NCBI GenBank assembly: GCA_035693545.1
Contig: DASSGJ010000055.1
Location: 45,160 to 109,159, forward strand
From: Candidatus Acidiferrum sp.
Lineage (GTDB): Bacteria > Acidobacteriota > Terriglobia > Acidiferrales > UBA7541
Direction of reading: 5' to 3'
DNA: 64,000 nucleotides
Position numbers and translations under genes: made by a program. The notes beneath the pieces are model-generated. The model worked only from the letters and a program-made list of their open reading frames with translations. It ran no database searches and was not told the origin of the DNA. Shown here piece after piece: positions 58,367-64,000 of the stretch; within the stretch, counting starts at the first letter, position 1, and each line of letters starts with the position of its first letter.

Positions 58367-60400
58367 TTAGCCCGGCAGAACACCGAGCGCATTGCAGAGG
58401 AACGACAACCGATCGGTCAGGGCTTCGATGCGGACGCCGATCGGCAGGACGGGCGAATGGCCTCGGAGTTCGTTGTAGTCAAGAAGAACCGGATGAGACG
58501 ACTTTGTGGCCCCCTGCAGCCGGGCAGCCATCTTCCGTGCGTGTAGCGGGTTGCATCGCGTATCGAGACCGCCCGATACAAGCATGATCGCCGGGTAGGC
58601 CGTCCCAGGCCTGACGTGGTGATACGGCGAGTACTGCGATAACGCTTCGAAGTCCCGAGGGTTTTCTGCGGTTCCGAATTCATCGCGCCAGAGGATCGCG
58701 TCATCGAAGAGGTGATACCGCAGCATGTCCAGCAGAGGAACAAGACACAGGACGGCGCAAAATAGATCGGGCCGCTGGGTCATTGCGGCTGCAACGAGAA
58801 GCCCGGAATTCGACCCTCCGAAGATGGCGAGCCTCGCGGGATTGGTGCCGCGGGTAGAAATCAGCCAGTCGGCGGCGGCGAGAAAATCATCGAAGGCGAC
58901 TTGGCGATTGAGACGCTTCGCCGCAGTATGCCATTCCGCTCCGAATTCGGATCCGCCGCGAATGGCCGGCAGAGCGAAGACGCAGCCGCATTCCATCAAA
59001 TATGTCGTCAACACGCTGAACTGGGGCGTGGAGGAGACTCCATAGCCTCCGTAGGAAGTCATCACGAGTGGATGGGTTCCGCTCTGGAGAACGTTGCGTC
59101 TTGCGGCGAGAAATACGGGAATCCTGGTCTCGTCGCTCGACGGGAAATGCTCCCGGGTATAGGCGAAGCCACCCGAATCGAAGGGAACGGCACGACTTGA
59201 CCACGGCGTGGTTCGTCCTGAATCTATGGAGTAGCGGTCAATCGCCAGGGGTTTCGTGAACGATTCTCGTTCGAGAAGAAGTTCATCGTCGTCGAGCCCT
59301 GTCGACAGCACGCGCAAGGACTCGGCCTCGGCGGAAATCTGTGTGACGCGTTTGCCGTACTGATCGGCGATGTCTACTTGGGAGTCAGCACCTCGGGTGT
59401 AGCACACAACGATGTGGTGGCGAGTCAAGCCCCAACTGGAAATGGGGGTCTCTTTTTCAGGGACTAAATCGAAGTAAAGAGGGTTGAGGTCCTTTCGCGG
59501 CTGGACTTCGACGATTCTCCGGTTCGGTGTGTGTTGGTCGATGGCCGCAAGAATGCGTCCTGGAACTAGCCGAGGAGAGAAGCTGTAGTGGGCGTCGCGA
59601 AGAACAGGAATTGGACGTCCGGTGCTTCCGCTGCCCCAAAGATAAAAGTCTGTGCGCATCGTGTCGAGGAAGCGATACACCAGGAAACCAAGGGTGCGTG
59701 GGCCTGAGACAAGCACGAGGCGGATGTGTTCGCCCTCACCGGGGCAGAAGATCTCCGTGTCCGCGGCCGAAGCGGTCCCGAGAAAATGATGGAATACCGT
59801 GTGGCGGGATGTCGCTTTTCGTTCCGTGGCCTCGTGAACGTAGTAGAAGCTCTTGCCGTCCGGCGCGAAGGAAAACCCGCGAAGAAGGCCGTGAGGAAGC
59901 GAGTCGGGAATTCTCTCACGGCGAGGGACATCGAGTATTTCAAAGCTTCCCGTGTGTTCGCCGCCACGCTTCACTTCGTAGAGCAAGAGACCTCCATCGG
60001 GCGAAACGCGGATCGGCTTGACCGCCGTGTACTCGCCGGTGCCACGAGACGCGGGGTCGATCAACAGTTGGTCCTCGCCTTCTGCTCCTTCCCGAAAATA
60101 GATAGAAGGCTGTTCCTGGCCCGGGCGGCGCTTTCGGAAGAAATAGCGATTACGCGCCTTCAAGAAAGAGTCATAGGTCTCGACATCGAGCAGCTCACGA
60201 ACCCGTTCGCGAATCCGTTCTCTCCCCGGGATGTTGTCGAGATAGGTACGCGCATAGCGTGTCTGCTCGATGATCCAGGCGCGAGTCTCCGGCGAGTTCT
60301 GGTCTTCGAGCCAACGGTAGGGGTCTGTGACAGTGACGCCATGCAGCGTGTCCTCAATCGGCTCGGTGCGGGAAAACGGCAGGGACACTAGAGAACACAT
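58367..60400 (-). CDS. Cytoplasmic prolyl oligopeptidase (S9A)
   Basis: DTLHGVTVTDPYRWLED, YGGY, IRGGSEFGAEWH, GGSNSG, DTRC and GHS; no signal peptide. Confidence 0.9.
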   Translation of the reverse strand: MCSLVSLPFSRTEPIEDTLHGVTVTDPYRWLEDQNSPETRAWIIEQTRYARTYLDNIPGRERIRERVRELLDVETYDSFLKARNRYFFRKRRPGQEQPSIYFREGAEGEDQLLIDPASRGTGEYTAVKPIRVSPDGGLLLYEVKRGGEHTGSFEILDVPRRERIPDSLPHGLLRGFSFAPDGKSFYYVHEATERKATSRHTVFHHFLGTASAADTEIFCPGEGEHIRLVLVSGPRTLGFLVYRFLDTMRTDFYLWGSGSTGRPIPVLRDAHYSFSPRLVPGRILAAIDQHTPNRRIVEVQPRKDLNPLYFDLVPEKETPISSWGLTRHHIVVCYTRGADSQVDIADQYGKRVTQISAEAESLRVLSTGLDDDELLLERESFTKPLAIDRYSIDSGRTTPWSSRAVPFDSGGFAYTREHFPSSDETRIPVFLAARRNVLQSGTHPLVMTSYGGYGVSSTPQFSVLTTYLMECGCVFALPAIRGGSEFGAEWHTAAKRLNRQVAFDDFLAAADWLISTRGTNPARLAIFGGSNSGLLVAAAMTQRPDLFCAVLCLVPLLDMLRYHLFDDAILWRDEFGTAENPRDFEALSQYSPYHHVRPGTAYPAIMLVSGGLDTRCNPLHARKMAARLQGATKSSHPVLLDYNELRGHSPVLPIGVRIEALTDRLSFLCNALGVLPG

Positions 60401-61770
60401 GTGTGCCTCCGGTTGTTCCACAATTTCGCTTCGTGTTGCATGCGGCGGGCAAGACTGCGCAGGAATGTGACGGTTCGTCCGCGGCTCCTGCGGTCGGGGT
60501 CCCGCCAAGGAAGACCGCCGGCGGCATACGCGAAGGCGGCCAGAAGCGGCATAACCGGGAAGTCCAAGGCGATGTCTTGGCTCCGGAAGAAGGAGCGCCA
60601 CGGCGCCATATACGTTGAGCGGAGCATTCTTTCCGCCTTGAGGTTCGGCTCGAGCCGTTGCTTCCACTCGAGTAGATATTGAAACGTCAAGAGAGGATGG
60701 CCGACGGCAGCTTCCGCCCAATCGAGGAAAACGCAGCGGTCTTTCGAAACCAGAATGTTCCCCGGGTTCAGGTCGAGGTGCCCGAGGACGCTCGGAAAGT
60801 CGCCGGATTCGAGTTCATCGAGAGCCGAACGAACATCGTCTGCTAAGGCGACAATCTCCTTCCGAGCGAGGGGAGGAGGCGTCGGTTTCGACTGTTGTGG
60901 CATGACCTCGGTGACATAATCGAAGAAGGGACCGACAACAGGGCGCAGAGACGAAGGCCGAAGGTCTTTGCATCCGGCTGCAATGAGGTGCAATGCACTG
61001 CCGAATGATGCGATTTGCAGATGCGCCAGCGTCTTCGCCGCTTTTTGCCAATCGCGAAGAGAGGATGCTCCGCGCAGGGGATTTCCGCTGACTTCAACAC
61101 TTAGCCAGGCGTTCCATCCGGAATGTGACGCGATAAGCGGAGGCACGAAGCCTGACAGGCGACGATTCACCTCCAAAGTGATCGAATATTCACGGAGGTT
61201 CGGTTCCCCCACAGCTTTAAACCACAATGCAGGTCCGTCGGTTTCGAAACGAATTAAGCTAAACATAGGACTGGCATTCAGCTGGCGGAACTTGCCGTTC
61301 AAACGGAGTCCTTCGGCGGCGGCCTGTGCTGCTGTCCATTCGGAAACGCGCTCAAGCCAACCGGTGCGACCAAAAGGTCCTTGTTTGTCGCTACGGCCGT
61401 CGTTGAGGATGGCAAGCGCGCGTTCGATGATGCTGTAGCTCTCAGAATCATCAAACTCCTGGAGTGACCGGAGAACTGCAGCGTACCACTCGAAACCCTC
61501 CGGAATCGTGGCGCAAGCCGAAGAGAGTTCGAGGACGGCCGTTGGCCGTACGGATCTCGGTTCCTCGGCCGGTAGAGTGAGTAGGCAATAGGTCTTCAAA
61601 TTCCATCGGCTCTCGATCGCTGACGTAAGCTCCTCGGCGGGCCGCGTGTGGAGAGGGATGGCGATGACCGGGAGTCGAACCCCGTGCGCGGATCGCTCAA
61701 CAAGAATCTCGCTGCCGTCGTGTCGTGTGATAACGACGTGGAAGCCAGCGAGCTCGGTAGGAGAGAACAT
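60388..61770 (-). CDS. Aminoglycoside-phosphotransferase-like kinase
   Basis: LWFKAVG, HLDLNPGNI and FLDWAEA. Confidence 0.8.
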   Translation of the reverse strand: MFSPTELAGFHVVITRHDGSEILVERSAHGVRLPVIAIPLHTRPAEELTSAIESRWNLKTYCLLTLPAEEPRSVRPTAVLELSSACATIPEGFEWYAAVLRSLQEFDDSESYSIIERALAILNDGRSDKQGPFGRTGWLERVSEWTAAQAAAEGLRLNGKFRQLNASPMFSLIRFETDGPALWFKAVGEPNLREYSITLEVNRRLSGFVPPLIASHSGWNAWLSVEVSGNPLRGASSLRDWQKAAKTLAHLQIASFGSALHLIAAGCKDLRPSSLRPVVGPFFDYVTEVMPQQSKPTPPPLARKEIVALADDVRSALDELESGDFPSVLGHLDLNPGNILVSKDRCVFLDWAEAAVGHPLLTFQYLLEWKQRLEPNLKAERMLRSTYMAPWRSFFRSQDIALDFPVMPLLAAFAYAAGGLPWRDPDRRSRGRTVTFLRSLARRMQHEAKLWNNRRHTCVL

Positions 61771-61781
61771 GAATAGGCCGT

Positions 61782-62060
61782 TCAGGAACCCGCGTGTGTC
61801 TCCGGGGTTCGCACTTCGATCAGGTGATGGGTGCGCAGATGCGCGAGAAATTCTTGGACGTCACGTTCGACGGTGGCGTGGTCTGCAGAGAACTCCCGTG
61901 AGATCACGTCGGCGATTTGCGATTCCGACTGTTCCGAGCGGAGGAGTTCGAGAATGCGGGAGCCGACAAGATTGAGCCGGAACATCTGGCCTTCGCGAAT
62001 GTGTAGAACAATCGCGCCATCCTGGCCATGGGTTGAACGCACTTCATCGGATAGTTTCAT
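61782..62060 (-). CDS. PqqD-family RiPP recognition element (lasso B1)
   Basis: DGAIVLHIREGQMFRLNLVGSRILELL...VERDVQEFLAHLRTHHLI. Confidence 0.88.
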   Translation of the reverse strand: MKLSDEVRSTHGQDGAIVLHIREGQMFRLNLVGSRILELLRSEQSESQIADVISREFSADHATVERDVQEFLAHLRTHHLIEVRTPETHAGS

Positions 62061-62298
62061 CACGGGGGACTCCGTGCCGGACCTTTCACTGGGAACGGGG
62101 CGAGCTTCGCAGAACGAAGAAACGGAATCCACTGATTCCAGAAAATGTTCGCGAATGTGCACCGCGAGCGAGGAAACAGAAGCAATTTCAGGCAAATGCA
62201 GCGGTGTAGGGATGGGCCAGAGTAACAAAATGTGTTCGCTTTTTTGCTCTAGTTGTTCGAGAGGTGAGAACCGGACCGATTCTCTTCGGGTCTGATGT

Positions 62299-63981
62299 TC
62301 ACGGTGGCGAAGAAAGGGAACGGGCAACCCCTACGATCTCCCCGACGACTTCGGCGTCGACGTGCTGCCGAAGGGGTTGCGTGTGTGCGGCACTATCCGG
62401 ATACGTAAAGACCGTGAGTCGGCCCCGCTCGATTCCGCAACTCGACGCGAGATACAAGCCGTCGCGATCTTGCAGGAGGTACAGCGGCTGTTCGGATAGC
62501 GCGAGCTCAAGCGAACTGCTCGGTTTCTTCTTCCGGTGATTGACGAGCAGGAACAGCGCGCCGCGAAGTGATGGATGTAGAAGCTTCGGCTCACGGCCGA
62601 CCCAAAACACATCACGCAACGAGACGCGCGAAAGTCCAGCAAGCTCGGGAACGGCGCCCAAGAGAAACAGCGGCAGCTCACCGAACTGACGCTGCAGCGC
62701 GTCGAAGAAACTGTCCTTCTGTTCTTCATCAGTAATGGGAGCGTGGTCGCTCGAATTGTCCTGTGAAACAAACGATTCAGAGCCGGTTGCCGGGCTGCCG
62801 GTGCCGTCGAGCGTGAGCCCGAATGAACTGAGCAACGCACGAAAGCCGAGTGAATACAGAATCGACACTGTGAACAGCTTGTGGATGTGCCGCGGCAGTG
62901 TGTCGCCGGCTTCGTAGTCGGAGAGCGTACCGGGTGAGGCAAAGTAGCGAGGGTCGCCTAGAAGTTGGGCGATCTCGCTGCTCCGCTTCGACGCGCAACG
63001 GAAGGAAAGCCCAGCGTGGAGACGGGCCCGCCTGAGCAGCGCCCCCGGGCGTTGCGACGTCATGTGAGCTTCCATGCGTGTAGACCTCGCGGACTCCCCG
63101 GGTCCGCTGAGGGCGGCAACAACCTGCTTCGTCGGAGTTGGCTGCTTCCTCGTACTGGAGCGAAATCGGAATTCGAGGTCGATGACTCCCAGGATTCTGG
63201 CTTCGGTTCCTAACTCGAATTGCGGTTCGGTGAAAGACAGTTTGGACGCGGTAAAGGCGAAGCGGTTCGGTCCTATAACTCGCAGACGCGTGCAGTGGAT
63301 TCCCTGGTTGTTCTCGACGAGAAAGTAGTGACGTGAGGCCTCGCCAACGCGTCTCGGCAGCAAGGATGCCTGAACGCGGGTATCGGCGCGAACGATGCTT
63401 CCCAAAGAAAGCTCAGGAATCGAAAGTGCGTCCCGTGCGCCGATCTTCGCATAGAGAAACGTGCGTGGTATCGCCGGGAGCGGTGAAAAGGTCGCCTTCG
63501 GTCCGCGTTGTTCGAGAATCAGGCTGAGGGGGGTAGTGGCCGCAGCTGTTCCGTGCCCCAGGCGACAATGCAAGAAGGGCAAAAGGGTCTCGGGCCCCGC
63601 GAGGTCGTGGTCAATGAGACCCGTGCGCGGCCGCGACATCAGGGCCTCGAGCCGCGGAATCATGTCGAGAGAAAAACCGAATACCAGAAGCCAATCCCGC
63701 ACGCGGTAGCCCGTCACTTCACTGAGTGCGATCAACTGCTCGAACGTGGGACTGAGGCCTGAGCGTAGCTGCGAATAGAGATTCGGGCGGATGTGGCGAG
63801 CAGGCTGGTTCGGGAATCGCATTCGCGTGAGGGCAGCGGCCTTGTAGAGCGTGAGATTCTTTGTTCCGAGGAGTTCACGTACCGCGCGGACAAGCGCAGC
63901 GCGCTTCCTCGCATTGGGGGAAAGTCGGGCAGCAGCGAAACCGTGACGATGGAGCATAGGGCGTGTGTGGATATTCCCCAT
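62299..63981 (-). CDS. Putative XRE-like regulator with two HTH plus beta-domain halves (start uncertain, near window edge)
   Basis: HTH-like LTLYKAA..PTFEQLIALSEV and LLRRARLHAGLSFR..TLSDYEAG..IHKL, each followed by a beta-rich domain ending ARILGVID or AEVVGEIVGV. Confidence 0.6.
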   Translation of the reverse strand: MGNIHTRPMLHRHGFAAARLSPNARKRAALVRAVRELLGTKNLTLYKAAALTRMRFPNQPARHIRPNLYSQLRSGLSPTFEQLIALSEVTGYRVRDWLLVFGFSLDMIPRLEALMSRPRTGLIDHDLAGPETLLPFLHCRLGHGTAAATTPLSLILEQRGPKATFSPLPAIPRTFLYAKIGARDALSIPELSLGSIVRADTRVQASLLPRRVGEASRHYFLVENNQGIHCTRLRVIGPNRFAFTASKLSFTEPQFELGTEARILGVIDLEFRFRSSTRKQPTPTKQVVAALSGPGESARSTRMEAHMTSQRPGALLRRARLHAGLSFRCASKRSSEIAQLLGDPRYFASPGTLSDYEAGDTLPRHIHKLFTVSILYSLGFRALLSSFGLTLDGTGSPATGSESFVSQDNSSDHAPITDEEQKDSFFDALQRQFGELPLFLLGAVPELAGLSRVSLRDVFWVGREPKLLHPSLRGALFLLVNHRKKKPSSSLELALSEQPLYLLQDRDGLYLASSCGIERGRLTVFTYPDSAAHTQPLRQHVDAEVVGEIVGVARSLSSPP

Positions 63982-64000
63982 AGTGACCCGAGACGGCGAG

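Noticed and set aside
1-64000. CRISPR array, tRNA/rRNA, transposase or integrase
   Set aside because: No regularly spaced repeats, RNA gene signatures or recombinase motifs seen by eye.

Overview
The window looks Acidobacteria-like; this is inferred from the Oar-type TonB-dependent receptors and gene style. It is dominated by a repeated four-gene + strand module: ECF sigma factor, then an anti-sigma (zinc-finger, TM, coiled coil, RskA-like C-terminus), then a TonB-dependent receptor (TBDR), then a secreted S9 serine peptidase. Five modules are complete (about 5.2, 14.0, 23.0, 31.8 and 47.0 kb) and a sixth is cut by the left edge. Relics of further modules lie between them. The last module converges on a minus-strand lasso-peptide-type gene cluster. 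That cluster encodes an XRE-like regulator, PqqD/RRE (B1), an APH-like kinase, a prolyl oligopeptidase, a B2 protease, a PCYCGC-type protein, an Asn-synthetase-like cyclase and two tandem 44-aa non-canonical precursors ending in AYEADE; one precursor is missing from the ORF track. A 39.8-47 kb insert carries a PAS/PAS/GAF protein, ArdC, a probable type II R-M system and small DNA-binding proteins. Best candidate for a new system: a lasso-peptide producer locus coupled to an expanding and contracting array of sense/import/hydrolyse modules. All functional calls come from motif reading by eye; no database searches were run.
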